A DNA stretch of 64,000 nt from Candidatus Hydrogenedentota bacterium (GTDB lineage Bacteria; Hydrogenedentota; Hydrogenedentia; Hydrogenedentales; JAEUWI01), in the NCBI GenBank assembly GCA_034669905.1, contig JAXMOL010000006.1, positions 133,874-197,873 on the forward strand, in the 5' to 3' direction. The notes below the pieces were generated by a model. It was not told the origin of the DNA, searched no databases, and saw nothing but the letters and a program-made list of their open reading frames with translations. Below are positions 20,352 through 30,592 of this stretch, in pieces. Each line of letters opens with the position of its first letter. Positions within the stretch are counted from its first letter, which is position 1. The position numbers were made by a program, and so were the translations under genes.

Positions 20352-21485
20352 CTAGCGCACGGCATCGTAGCCACCGGGGACGCCCTGTTTCGACAAGACC
20401 ATCTGATACACGTGGTTATAGCGGGCGCGGAAGGAGCCCGCGCAGTAGTGGTGGTAGTAGCGCCACATGCGGTAGAAACGTTCGCCGTATTGGTCTTCCA
20501 GTTCGGGCCAGGCTTTTTCGAAATTGGCCCACCAGGCCATGAGGGTCTTGTCGTAGTCTGCCCCGATGTTGTGCAGGTCCTCCAGGACCAACTTGCCCTC
20601 AATGGCGGTGCCCAACTGGCCGGGGGTGGGGGTCATGCCACCGGGAAAAATATAGGTCGTGATCCAGGGGTCGGCACGCCGTACGGGATACCGTCCCACA
20701 ATCGTGTGAATCAGGGCCATGCCGTCGGGTGTGAGCCAATCGCGCACCAGGGCCATGTAGGTGTCGTAGTTCTTTCGGCCCACGTGCTCCATCATGCCGA
20801 TGGAAACAACCCGATCCCACTGGCCCGTGAGTTCGCGGTAGTCCTTCAGATGGAGGTGGACCGGCAGACCGGCGCAGTGCTCCTGGGCCAATACCAATTG
20901 CTCCTGGGAGATGGTAATGCCTTCCACTTCTACGCCGTAATTCTCGGCTGCAAAGCGGGCGAAGGAGCCCCAACCACAGCCTACGTCCAGGACCTTCATA
21001 CCTGGCTGGAGACCCAGCTTGCGACAAACCAGGTCCAATTTGTTCTCCTGGGCGGTGTCGAGGTCCTGCGCATCCTTCCAATAGGCGCAGGAATAGACCA
21101 TGCGCTTATCGAGCATTTTACGGTAGAGGTCGTTGCCCAAATCATAGTGGCGCTCGGCCACTTCGCGGGAGCGGTGCACGCTCTGAAGATTCAAAAAACG
21201 GGCGCGGAGGTAGGGCACCATCATGCGCCACCAGTCTACCCGGTCGGTAAAATTGGCCCGGAGAATACGGTCGAAGAAGCCCACCAGGTCCTCGCAGTCC
21301 CAGTCGCCATCCATATAGGCCTCGCCGAGTCCGAGGCGCCCTTCGCTCATAAAGCGTTGGTATACCTGCGGTTGGTGGATCTGGATGTCCCAGGGGCGGT
21401 CCCCGTTTTCCCGGACGTCAATGACCTCGAGCAAGGCGCGCACGGTGTCTCGGGGGGAGGCCAGGGGTTTCATCGTTTTCTGCAT
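20352..21485 (-). CDS. cfa: Cyclopropane fatty acyl phospholipid synthase
   Basis: LGEAYMDG, HYDLGN, YSCAYW, LDVGCGWG, SIGMMEHVG, YIFPGG. Confidence 0.93.
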   Translation of the reverse strand: MQKTMKPLASPRDTVRALLEVIDVRENGDRPWDIQIHQPQVYQRFMSEGRLGLGEAYMDGDWDCEDLVGFFDRILRANFTDRVDWWRMMVPYLRARFLNLQSVHRSREVAERHYDLGNDLYRKMLDKRMVYSCAYWKDAQDLDTAQENKLDLVCRKLGLQPGMKVLDVGCGWGSFARFAAENYGVEVEGITISQEQLVLAQEHCAGLPVHLHLKDYRELTGQWDRVVSIGMMEHVGRKNYDTYMALVRDWLTPDGMALIHTIVGRYPVRRADPWITTYIFPGGMTPTPGQLGTAIEGKLVLEDLHNIGADYDKTLMAWWANFEKAWPELEDQYGERFYRMWRYYHHYCAGSFRARYNHVYQMVLSKQGVPGGYDAVR

Positions 21486-21617
21486 CGCCCCTACGTCAAT
21501 CACCGGGCATCCTTTCGTCATTCACTGGGTGGCTTCATTCCATGGGAGGTGCACACGGGGGCACCGATGGACCCCCGTTATATACTTCGCTGACCAGCAC
21601 TTGCAACGGTTGGCAAC

Positions 21618-21646
21618 TTGACACGTCTTAATGGGTGTGTTAGACT
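21618..21646 (+). promoter_or_regulatory. Sigma70 promoter of the hrcA operon
   Basis: TTGACA-N17-TAGACT with a TG extension. Confidence 0.8.
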
Positions 21647-21657
21647 TTGGGCACCTG

Positions 21658-21684
21658 TTAGCACTCACAATGGCTGAGTGCTAA
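21658..21684 (+). promoter_or_regulatory. CIRCE operator (HrcA binding site)
   Basis: Perfect TTAGCACTC-N9-GAGTGCTAA, 18 nt before the hrcA ATG. Confidence 0.97.
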
Positions 21685-21702
21685 AAGCGCGGATGCCTAC
21701 TC

Positions 21703-22755
21703 ATGACGGATGCTCGTGAACTAAACGAACGTGAACAACAGATCCTGCAGGCGGTCGTAAATAGCTATATTACCACGGCCGATCCGGTAGGGTCGCGCTC
21801 TGTGGTCAAGCGCTTTGAGCTTGGTCTGAGCCCCGCTACCGTGCGGAATGTGATGGCCGATCTCGAGGAGATGGGCTATCTACAGCAGATTCACACCAGT
21901 TCGGGGCGTATTCCAACCGACGCGGGTTACCGCTACTATGTGAACTACCTCATGCACGTGCAGGAGCTAACGCTTCGTGAGCGCAATCGCATTGAGCATG
22001 AGTTCACCGAAAAATTGAATGATGCCGATGAGGTATTGCAACACACGAGCCAGTTGCTGGCCCTGATATCCAATCAGGCGGGACTGGCCGAGTCTCCGGG
22101 TGATGATCACGCCTATGTAAACCGGATTGAGGTCATGTCGGTCTCTACCCACCGGGTCGTGATGTTGATCGTCGATAACTACGGTCGCGTGCGCACCCAG
22201 ACGGTGAACCTGGACGAAGCCGTCCACCCGGAACAGTTGCAGGCCCTGAGTCGTTTCCTGAATGACCATCTATACCGTGTACGGCTGGATGGTCTGGCCG
22301 GTGCCATCGAGAATCAGTTGAAGAACTTTCTGGATGAGCGTCGTAAGACGGCGGAACTGGCGCTACGACTTCTGGGGCTGGCGCCGCAGCAGACGCGGAA
22401 GCAGCTTTTCCTGGAAGGGGCCGGACATCTTTTTGCCCAGCCGGAATTCCAGGGGGTGGATCGGGCCAAAGAGGTATTTGACCTCTTTGAGGAGCGGACG
22501 GTGTTGACGGAGGTGTTGCGCAATGCCCTGGCCGACGAACGTCGGGTCAATGCGTCGATTCATATAGGCCGGATCGGGGACAACTTCGGTCTGGAAGACA
22601 TCAGCGTGGTGGCTTCGCCTTACTATTGTAAGGATGAACCCATCGGCATGATTGGCGTGCTGGGGCCGCGCCGGATGCCCTATTCGCGCTTGACCTCCAT
22701 CGTGGATTTCACGGCGGGAATGGTCAGCCGGATGTTGACCCGTCTCGCACGCTGA
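21703..22755 (+). CDS. hrcA: Heat-inducible transcription repressor
   Basis: PVGS, SPATVRNVMADLE, HTSSGRIPT, GVLGPRRM; upstream CIRCE. Confidence 0.96.
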   Translation: MTDARELNEREQQILQAVVNSYITTADPVGSRSVVKRFELGLSPATVRNVMADLEEMGYLQQIHTSSGRIPTDAGYRYYVNYLMHVQELTLRERNRIEHEFTEKLNDADEVLQHTSQLLALISNQAGLAESPGDDHAYVNRIEVMSVSTHRVVMLIVDNYGRVRTQTVNLDEAVHPEQLQALSRFLNDHLYRVRLDGLAGAIENQLKNFLDERRKTAELALRLLGLAPQQTRKQLFLEGAGHLFAQPEFQGVDRAKEVFDLFEERTVLTEVLRNALADERRVNASIHIGRIGDNFGLEDISVVASPYYCKDEPIGMIGVLGPRRMPYSRLTSIVDFTAGMVSRMLTRLAR

Positions 22756-22846
22756 TACACATCACCGAGACGTGAAGTGCCGAATTAACCAACGATTGTA
22801 GAAGTACGTTTTCATGACAAAAAACAAGCATAAAGAAAAAGAATCC

Positions 22847-23497
22847 ATGGCAAACGAAGAGGTAGAAAACATCGAGGAAGTCGACTTCCCGGCAGAAGAT
22901 ACGCCGGAAGTGGACGATGATCAACTCGCCGACGTGGGTGACGTGGACGTGCTGGAGGAGGTAGAGGAGGAGCTGGATCCCGTGGAAGCCGAACTGGCTG
23001 CCCTGCGGGATGAGCGCGATGATCTGAAAGAGCAGGCCTTGCGGGCCCGTGCGGAATTCGAGAACTATCGCAAGCGCATGGCCCGGGAAAGCGAACGGAT
23101 TCGCAAGACGGCCGCCGAAGGCCTGATGCGTGATCTGCTTCCCATCGTGGATAATCTGGAGCGTGCCCTCAGTCACGTGGAAGACAAGAGTGACGGGCTG
23201 GCGCAGGGCGTCGAAATGATTGTGAAACAGTTTGCCGACGTGCTGAGCGCAAAAGGTCTCGAAGTGATTCCCGCAAAAGGGGAGCCCTTCGATCCCAACA
23301 TCCACGAGGCCTTGACCCACCAGCCCTCCGATGAATTTCCAGCGGATACGGTGATGGAAGAATTTCAGCGCGGTTACCGACTCGGTGACTATGTGCTACG
23401 CCCCACCCAGGTGGTGGTGAGCAGTGGTCCGGCTGAAGTGGCTGAGGCCACCCCAGAGAATGACGCAACGGAAGCCAGCGCTTCCGAAAACGAATAA
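22847..23497 (+). CDS. grpE: Nucleotide exchange factor GrpE
   Basis: [40 protein letters not shown]; alternative start at 22814. Confidence 0.95.
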   Translation: MANEEVENIEEVDFPAEDTPEVDDDQLADVGDVDVLEEVEEELDPVEAELAALRDERDDLKEQALRARAEFENYRKRMARESERIRKTAAEGLMRDLLPIVDNLERALSHVEDKSDGLAQGVEMIVKQFADVLSAKGLEVIPAKGEPFDPNIHEALTHQPSDEFPADTVMEEFQRGYRLGDYVLRPTQVVVSSGPAEVAEATPENDATEASASENE

Positions 23498-23606
23498 CCT
23501 AACATCCCAAAGCGTACCGTACTGTATCGTTCCCCGAGTGGAGCGTCGCGCGTACCATGAGCCAGGCAGCCCCCGTCGGGTTGTATTATCAGGAGGAATA
23601 TCCACA

Positions 23607-25544
23607 ATGGGCAAAGTAATTGGAATTGACTTAGGCACCACCAACTCCTGCGTTGCCGTCATGGAGGGCGGTGAGCCTGTCGTCATAGCCAATGCCGAAG
23701 GCAACCGTACGACCCCATCCGTCGTCGCGTTTAACAAAGATGGTGAGCGCCTGGTGGGTGCGGTGGCCAAACGTCAGGCCGTAACCAACCCGACCAACAC
23801 CATCTTCTCGATTAAACGCTTCATGGGGCGTACCCACAACGAAGTTTCCACGGAAGAAAAGATTGTCCCCTACAAAGTAGGCGAGACCGCTTCCGGTGAC
23901 TGTCAGGTCGAGATCATGGGGAACACCTACCGTCCCCCGGAAATCTCCGCGATGATTCTCCAGAAGATGAAAGAGACCGCCGAGTCCTACCTGGGTTCTG
24001 AAGTGACCCAGGCGGTGATCACGGTGCCGGCCTATTTCAACGACGCCCAGCGTCAGGCCACCAAAGACGCCGGTAAGATCGCCGGCCTCGAAGTGCTCCG
24101 CATCATCAACGAGCCCACGGCCGCCGCATTGGCCTATGGCCTCGATAAGAAGCGCGATGAGAAAGTAGCCGTCTATGATCTGGGGGGTGGTACCTTCGAC
24201 GTATCCATCCTGGCCATCGGTGACGACAGCTTTGAAGTGCTCAGCACCAGCGGCGATACACACCTCGGTGGCGACGATTTCGACCAGGTCATTATCGACT
24301 GGTTGGCGGAAGAGTTCCAGAAGGAACAGGGCATCGACCTGCGCAAAGATCCCATGGCCCTGCAGCGCCTGAAAGAAGGTGCGGAAAAGGCCAAGTGCGA
24401 GCTTTCCTCCGCCATGTCGACCGACGTGAACCTGCCTTTCGTGACGGCCGATGCTTCCGGTCCGAAACACCTGAACTACACGTTGAGCCGCTCCAAGTTT
24501 GAGCAGTTGGCGGATCACCTGCTGCAGCGCAGTAAGAATCCCTGCCACCGTGCCTTGGAAGATGCGGGCCTCAGCGCTTCCGAAGTCAACGAAGTGATTC
24601 TCGTGGGCGGCATGACCCGCATGCCGGCCGTGGCTTCCGTCGTGGAAGAAATCTTCGGTAAGACGCCCCACCGTGGCGTGAATCCCGACGAAGTGGTGGC
24701 CATCGGTGCTGCCGTGCAGGCGGGTGTACTTTCCGGCGACGTGAAAGACGTACTGCTCCTCGACGTAACGCCCCTCTCCCTCGGTATCGAAACCCTGGGC
24801 GGTGTGTGCACCAAGCTCATTGAGCGGAACACGACCATCCCCGTGACGAAGCAGCAGATCTTCTCCACGGCCGCCGACAACCAGACGGCCGTGACGATTC
24901 ACGTGCTGCAGGGTGAGCGGGAAATGGCGAGCGACAACCGGACCCTGGCCCACTTTGATCTCATGGGCATTCCGGCCGCACCCCGTGGCGTACCCCAAAT
25001 CGAAGTCTCCTTCGACCTGGACGCCAACGGTATTTTCCACGCGTCGGCCAAGGATCTTGCCACGGGTAAAGAGCAGAAGCTGAAGATTGAAACGTCCAGC
25101 GGTCTGTCCGATGAAGAAATCGAGAAGATGGTCAACGAGGCGGAGACCCACGCCGACGAAGACAAAGAGCGCAAGAAGAAGATCGAAGTGCGCAACAGTG
25201 CCGACAGCATGGTCTATCAGACCGAAAAGCTGCTGAGTGAAAACGGCGACAAGATCGACGAAGGCGAGAAGAAGAATATCGAAGCCGCCATCGCCGACGT
25301 GAAGAAGGCCCTGGAAGGGGACGACACGGCTGCTATCGAGCAATCGGTCGAGAACCTGACCCAGGCTTCGCACAAACTGGCGGAAGCCATGTATCAGGCG
25401 GGTGGTGCCGATCCGGCGGCCGCTGCTGCCGCCGCTGCAGCGGGTGGCGCTGCCCCCGCCGATGGCGGTGAGTCGGATGACAGCGGTGACGCGGTCGACG
25501 CCGATTTCACGGTCGTGGATGAAGACGAAGAAGAAGGCAAGTAA
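23607..25544 (+). CDS. dnaK: Chaperone DnaK
   Basis: [34 protein letters not shown]. Confidence 0.98.
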   Translation: MGKVIGIDLGTTNSCVAVMEGGEPVVIANAEGNRTTPSVVAFNKDGERLVGAVAKRQAVTNPTNTIFSIKRFMGRTHNEVSTEEKIVPYKVGETASGDCQVEIMGNTYRPPEISAMILQKMKETAESYLGSEVTQAVITVPAYFNDAQRQATKDAGKIAGLEVLRIINEPTAAALAYGLDKKRDEKVAVYDLGGGTFDVSILAIGDDSFEVLSTSGDTHLGGDDFDQVIIDWLAEEFQKEQGIDLRKDPMALQRLKEGAEKAKCELSSAMSTDVNLPFVTADASGPKHLNYTLSRSKFEQLADHLLQRSKNPCHRALEDAGLSASEVNEVILVGGMTRMPAVASVVEEIFGKTPHRGVNPDEVVAIGAAVQAGVLSGDVKDVLLLDVTPLSLGIETLGGVCTKLIERNTTIPVTKQQIFSTAADNQTAVTIHVLQGEREMASDNRTLAHFDLMGIPAAPRGVPQIEVSFDLDANGIFHASAKDLATGKEQKLKIETSSGLSDEEIEKMVNEAETHADEDKERKKKIEVRNSADSMVYQTEKLLSENGDKIDEGEKKNIEAAIADVKKALEGDDTAAIEQSVENLTQASHKLAEAMYQAGGADPAAAAAAAAAGGAAPADGGESDDSGDAVDADFTVVDEDEEEGK

Positions 25545-25580
25545 ACCTGTCTTCGCTGACTGTTAGATGCTAGTATTGCT

Positions 25581-25612
25581 CCCCATGACTCCGCTATATC
25601 GGAGTCATGGGG
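25581..25612 (+). other. Stem-loop between dnaK and dnaJ (mRNA stability or partial termination)
   Basis: CCCCATGACTCCG-ctatat-CGGAGTCATGGGG, perfect 13-bp stem with no U-tract. Confidence 0.6.
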
Positions 25613-25648
25613 ATGCCGTCTCATATTGCCGAATGGAGCCAGAACCTC

Positions 25649-26779
25649 ATGGCACAGAAGCCAGATCTGTATGAAATGCTGGGCGTTCCTCGTGATGCGT
25701 CACAGGAACAAATCCGCAAGGCCTATCTGAAGTTGGCCCACAAGTACCACCCGGACAAGACGGGCGGTGACAAAGAGGCCGAGGAAAAGCTCAAACAGAT
25801 TAACGCGGCCTATGATATTCTGAAGACCCCGGAAAAGCGTGCCCAGTATGACCGTTTTGGCAGCACCGACGCCCAGGGTGGTTTCGGTGGGGGGGGCTTT
25901 GGCGGCGGCGGTTTCGGTGGCGGCGGTCAGGGCTTTGAAGCGCCGTTCGAAGATTTCTTCGATATGCTCTTTGGTCAGGGCGGGAAACGGGGTGGTGGCG
26001 GTGCCAAAGCCGGCAACGACCTCGAGCTGCGTCTGGGTATCACCCTCGAAGAAGCGGCCTTCGGTGCAAAGAAAAAAATTCGCTACAACCGCCGCGAAAA
26101 CTGCGGTGACTGCAGCGGCACGGGCGCCGCGCCGGGCTCGAAAGCCGAGACATGCAGTCAGTGCCAGGGCGTGGGCCAGGTTCGCGTTGCCCATGGTTTT
26201 TTCAGCGTCACCCGGACCTGTCCCCAGTGTCAGGGTGAGGGCAAGATTATCTCCAAGCCGTGTCGCACCTGTGGCGGTAAGGGGCAGACCAAGAATGCCC
26301 GCGAGCTTTCGGTAGACGTGCCGCCCGGCGTCGACTCCGGTTCCCGACTCCGTGTTACGGGGGAAGGGGAAGCCGGTATGGCCGGTGGTCGTCGTGGCGA
26401 TCTGTACATTTTTATCGACATTGCGGAGCACCCCTTCTTCGAACGGGACGGCACGACCATTGTTTGTGAAGTGCCCATCACCTTCAGCCAGGCCGCCCTG
26501 GGCGCCGTGATTCGCGTGCCCACCCTCGAAGGGGAAGCCGAGCTCAAGATTCCGGCGGGCTCTCAAACGGGGACCCAGCTTCGATTGCGGAGCATGGGGA
26601 TGCCCGATCTCCGCGGATACCGCCAGGGCGATCAAATCGTTCGTGTTATTGTGGAGACACCGGTCAAGCTCAGCCGGAAGCAGAAAGACCTGCTGAAGGA
26701 ATTTGACGATCAGGCCGATGCCAAGACCTACCCCAATCGGACGAAGTTTGAAGCGGATGCCGAAAAGGGCCATAGTTAA
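25649..26779 (+). CDS. dnaJ: Chaperone DnaJ
   Basis: HPD motif, G/F-rich region, four CxxCxGxG repeats. Confidence 0.97.
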   Translation: MAQKPDLYEMLGVPRDASQEQIRKAYLKLAHKYHPDKTGGDKEAEEKLKQINAAYDILKTPEKRAQYDRFGSTDAQGGFGGGGFGGGGFGGGGQGFEAPFEDFFDMLFGQGGKRGGGGAKAGNDLELRLGITLEEAAFGAKKKIRYNRRENCGDCSGTGAAPGSKAETCSQCQGVGQVRVAHGFFSVTRTCPQCQGEGKIISKPCRTCGGKGQTKNARELSVDVPPGVDSGSRLRVTGEGEAGMAGGRRGDLYIFIDIAEHPFFERDGTTIVCEVPITFSQAALGAVIRVPTLEGEAELKIPAGSQTGTQLRLRSMGMPDLRGYRQGDQIVRVIVETPVKLSRKQKDLLKEFDDQADAKTYPNRTKFEADAEKGHS

Positions 26780-26870
26780 GGCCTGTTGTGGCAGGGCACA
26801 CCGTTGCGCACGCCGCGGATGGGTGTCGAAAGTGTGCATGGTTTTGTTCTGTAGTGTATACAAGTGTATA

Positions 26871-26909
26871 GGTCAACCGTTGACCAATCCCGTGTGCCAT
26901 TGATAGAAT
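26871..26909 (+). promoter_or_regulatory. Putative ferredoxin promoter with a palindromic operator over the -35
   Basis: GGTCAAC-C-GTTGACC; TTGACC-N18-TAGAAT with a TG extension. Confidence 0.5.
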
Positions 26910-26997
26910 CGCGGTCATGTCGACTACCCGTTGGGTGCTCGATTCGCGGAACAGATTTATTTTCGGTGTTATCCACCGTAAAGAAGGAGATAATAAA

Positions 26998-27333
26998 ATG
27001 GCATTTGTAGTCACCGAACCCTGCATCAAGTGCAAGTACACCGATTGCGTCGACGTATGCCCCGTTGCCTGTTTTCATGAAGGCGAGAACATGTTGGCCA
27101 TCGACCCCGAAGAATGCATCGACTGCGGTGTATGTGTGGATGAATGCCCGGTGACCGCCATCTTCTCCGAAGACGAAGTGCCTGAAAAGTGGCAGGGCTA
27201 CATTGAGCTGAACGCGAAGTACGCCGCCGAATGGCCCGTTATCGAAGAAGGCAAAGAAGCCCTCGATACCGCCGATGAATACAAGGATGTCGAAGACAAG
27301 AAAGCCGAATTCAGCCCCGAAGCCGGTGGCTGA
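26998..27333 (+). CDS. fdxA: 7Fe ferredoxin
   Basis: [14 protein letters not shown] and [21 protein letters not shown]. Confidence 0.93.
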   Translation: MAFVVTEPCIKCKYTDCVDVCPVACFHEGENMLAIDPEECIDCGVCVDECPVTAIFSEDEVPEKWQGYIELNAKYAAEWPVIEEGKEALDTADEYKDVEDKKAEFSPEAGG

Positions 27334-27354
27334 GCGTTTACACCATAATCCCAG

Positions 27355-27394
27355 ACGGGGAAGCGCGATACGGTCGTGCTTCCCCGTTTTTTTT
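27355..27394 (+). terminator. Intrinsic terminator of fdxA
   Basis: ACGGGGAAGC...GCTTCCCCGT followed by a T-tract. Confidence 0.85.
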
Positions 27395-27467
27395 CGGCCT
27401 GCCCGGTTAGAAAACTCGCAGTTTCTCGCACGATTCGATACAATGCCCGTATACAATATGTGGTGTA

Positions 27468-28772
27468 GTGCGTTTCGTGGAGACCAGTGATAGCGTGGTA
27501 AAGCGCCAGGAAATACCCCTCTGGGGAGCAACCATCTGTGCCCATGCCGTCGAAGGGGCCGATTTCCACGCCGATTGGTGGCGGTGGGAGCAGGGGGCGG
27601 GGCATATCCAGGATGGGGCCACCTCCGAAAGGGCCGCAGCACACCTCAAGCGCCATCGAGAAGACCTCGATATGGCGGCCAAGGTGGGGCTCAATACCCT
27701 CCAGTATGGCCTGTCCTGGGCCCGGGTTATGCCGGAGCCGGGTCAACTGGACGAGGACGCCCTCGACCACTATGCCCAGGTCTTCCGTGATATGGTCTCC
27801 CGGGATGTGCGGCCCATTGCTGTGTTGCAAGAGCACAGCCTTCCGGCGTGGTTCAGTCAAAGTGGCGCCTGGGAGCACCCGGATGCCGTGGCCCACTACG
27901 AGGCTTACGTGAATGCCGTCTACCGCGCCATTGGCGCCCATTGCGATGATTGGATTCCCCACATGGAGCCCCTGTTGTGGGTAGCCATGGCCTACGGCGA
28001 GCGATGCTGGCCACCACCGCAGGGTCACGGACGGCCTTCACGGGGAATGGCCGGTTTGGTGCAGGCCCACCTCGCGGCCTTTCGTACGTTGAAATCGGCC
28101 AGCCCCAAGAACGAGGTGGGGGTATCGCTGTACGTACCCCACGTCTATCCCCTCGACCCCTACAGTCCGTGGGACGCCCGGGCTGCGGAGCACCGCCGCC
28201 GGTGGTTCACCCACCGCTATGTGAAGATGCTGCGCGCTGCGGCCGACGGCGCGTCCCCCTTTGATTTTGTGGCCCTTTCGTGCCCGGGAAAACTGGGTAT
28301 CCACGCCGCTCCCTGGCGGATTCGAAACGGGTTCGCCCAATACGAGCGGGTTCCTGGTGAACCCTGTGCTCCGGACCAGACCGAGCCGGACTGGGCATCG
28401 ACCGAGGAATTAATCCGAAAGGTGGGTTCCTGGGGGGTGCCGTTGCTCCTCACAGGTGCGGGTATCGCCACAGACGACGACCGGGTGCGCTGTCACCATC
28501 TGCTGGATCAGGTGGATGGCGTGATGCGATTACGTGCCGAGGGGGTGCCCATCCGGGGCTACTGCTATCGCAGTTTCCTGGATGGCTTTGTTTGGCACCA
28601 TGGATATCGCCAGCGATATGGCCTGGTGCACCTGGACCACGACACGCTGACCCGCACCCCCAATCCCAGTGCTTTTCTCTATCAGGACATCATTCGTGCG
28701 CAGCAGATTCGCCCGGGGGCGGTGACCCGTTTCGCCCCCGAGTGGCAATCCCCCTTATTGGAGTATCACTAA
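27468..28772 (+). CDS. GH1-fold protein with a degenerate active site
   Basis: Colinear with GH1 (LWG...VEG, DWW.WE, SWARV.P, FLD.F.W..GY..RYGL), but NEP reads MEP and TENG reads TGAG. Confidence 0.8.
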   Translation: MRFVETSDSVVKRQEIPLWGATICAHAVEGADFHADWWRWEQGAGHIQDGATSERAAAHLKRHREDLDMAAKVGLNTLQYGLSWARVMPEPGQLDEDALDHYAQVFRDMVSRDVRPIAVLQEHSLPAWFSQSGAWEHPDAVAHYEAYVNAVYRAIGAHCDDWIPHMEPLLWVAMAYGERCWPPPQGHGRPSRGMAGLVQAHLAAFRTLKSASPKNEVGVSLYVPHVYPLDPYSPWDARAAEHRRRWFTHRYVKMLRAAADGASPFDFVALSCPGKLGIHAAPWRIRNGFAQYERVPGEPCAPDQTEPDWASTEELIRKVGSWGVPLLLTGAGIATDDDRVRCHHLLDQVDGVMRLRAEGVPIRGYCYRSFLDGFVWHHGYRQRYGLVHLDHDTLTRTPNPSAFLYQDIIRAQQIRPGAVTRFAPEWQSPLLEYH

Positions 28773-30592
28773 TGGCAGCTATTCTGGCCATAGAAGGTGG
28801 CGGCACGCGCAGTGTGGCGGGTTTCTATCTGGATGACCAACTGATGGGAGAAGCCGTCGCCGGTCCTTCCAATCCCCTGGCCTATGGGGCTTCCGCCACG
28901 GCGGGGGTCATTGTGGAATTGGCCGCACAGCTTATTCCCGCCGACCAGAAAGACGTTACGGTGCTCGCCGGGATCGCGGGCGTGGTTTCGGCGGAGGTCG
29001 CGCGAACGGTCGCGGCACAGTTGGCGGTATCTCCCCTCTTGAAATCAGTGGTAATCAGCACCGACCTTCATCCGCTTCTCTACGCCCATGTGCCCGATGG
29101 CCCCGGAATCCTGGCGATTTCCGGGACCGGTGCGTCGGTCCTGGTGCATGACGGAAAAGGCGCCTTCCGACGTTTGGGCGGGAGAGGCACCGTCATGGGG
29201 GATGAAGGGAGTGCCTATCAGATTGCCGCAGGGGCCCTTCGGGCGGTGGCCCGTGCCGAAGATGGCGTGGGGCCCCAGACCGCCTTACAGGCCGTCCTGC
29301 CGGCTCACCTGGGGCTTTCGGATGCCGAAGCCCTGGTGCCCTGGTCGCTTACGGCTACCAAGCAAGAACTGGCGGCGCTGGCCACCTGTGTTGCAGAGAT
29401 GGCGAAGGACGGGGACCCGGTCGCCCGGGAATGTATCCGCAGTCAGGCGGAGCACCTTGCGACCCTCGTCACCGCAGCGCGTCGGAGCCTCGCGGGGGAC
29501 GTCGCCGTGCCCCTCTTTACCCAGGGAGGTGTGGTGGAGCACTGCGACCTCTTCCGTCAGTACTTCTTCGATGGTCTTGGTGACGATGGACGGATTACCC
29601 CCACGGCCTTGTCCCTTCGGGGTCACGCCGCGGTTTACCGTATGGCACAGGGAACAGAAGCATGCGACTGGTGTTTTCGAAGCAGCACCGTCGGCGATTC
29701 GCTGTCGCCCACCGAAGGGCAGAGCGACACGGTGCCACCGCTGGACACGCTCGACAGCAAAGCCCTGGTAGATACCATGATTTCCCATGAGGCCCGGGTG
29801 GGTCGGGCGCTGGCCCAGCAAGCAACGGCGTTGGCGCGGGTAACCGATTGTGCGGGTGCCGCCTTGCGTGCGGGCGGGTGCATCATTTATCTCGGCGCCG
29901 GGACGAGCGGCCGTCTGGGGGTGCTGGATGCCTCCGAATGCCCGCCGACCTTTGGTACGGCGCCGGAGAAGGTGATGGGTATTATCGCCGGGGGAGAGCA
30001 GGCCATCCGGGTAGGCGTGGAAGGGGCCGAAGACGACCAGGAGCAGGGGCGGGCCGATATCTCCGCGCTCGCGCCCACCTCCGCCGATATAGTCATCGGG
30101 ATCGCCGCGTCGGGCACCACGCCCTACGTGCACGCGGCCCTCGCGTACGCGCGCGAAGCAGGAGCCACCACTGTCTTGCTTTGCTGTAATCCCCTTGTGA
30201 CCGATGTGGACTGCGATCATGTAATTGCGCTGCCCACCGGCCCCGAGGCACTTCCGGGCTCAACCCGGCTCAATGCCGGCACGGCGACGAAAGTAGCCCT
30301 GAATATTATCTCCACCGGGGCCATGGCCCAGTCCGGCTATATCTACCAGGGCCACATGGTAAAAATGCGCCCCAGCAACATCAAGCTCCGTGCCCGTGCC
30401 GAGCGCATGGTCCAGGGCCTGGCAGGCTGCTCGGAAGCGGTGGCCCACCGCCTCCTGGTGGCCACGGAATATGACATTCCTACCGCGCTTCTCATGGCCC
30501 GCCACGACGTCGATGTCGCCGCCGCGCAGGCCCACTACCTCAAACACGATTGCCAACTGCATTCCGCAATGGAGGAAGTTCCCTCGTCATGA
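28772..30592 (+). CDS. murQ: Fusion of a BadF/BadG-type N-acetylsugar kinase and MurNAc-6-P etherase
   Basis: N-half IEGGGT, ISGTG, GDEGSA; C-half GAGTSGRLGVLDASECPPTFG, EGAED, GIAASGTTPYV, GPE...GSTRL. Confidence 0.9.
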   Translation: MAAILAIEGGGTRSVAGFYLDDQLMGEAVAGPSNPLAYGASATAGVIVELAAQLIPADQKDVTVLAGIAGVVSAEVARTVAAQLAVSPLLKSVVISTDLHPLLYAHVPDGPGILAISGTGASVLVHDGKGAFRRLGGRGTVMGDEGSAYQIAAGALRAVARAEDGVGPQTALQAVLPAHLGLSDAEALVPWSLTATKQELAALATCVAEMAKDGDPVARECIRSQAEHLATLVTAARRSLAGDVAVPLFTQGGVVEHCDLFRQYFFDGLGDDGRITPTALSLRGHAAVYRMAQGTEACDWCFRSSTVGDSLSPTEGQSDTVPPLDTLDSKALVDTMISHEARVGRALAQQATALARVTDCAGAALRAGGCIIYLGAGTSGRLGVLDASECPPTFGTAPEKVMGIIAGGEQAIRVGVEGAEDDQEQGRADISALAPTSADIVIGIAASGTTPYVHAALAYAREAGATTVLLCCNPLVTDVDCDHVIALPTGPEALPGSTRLNAGTATKVALNIISTGAMAQSGYIYQGHMVKMRPSNIKLRARAERMVQGLAGCSEAVAHRLLVATEYDIPTALLMARHDVDVAAAQAHYLKHDCQLHSAMEEVPSS

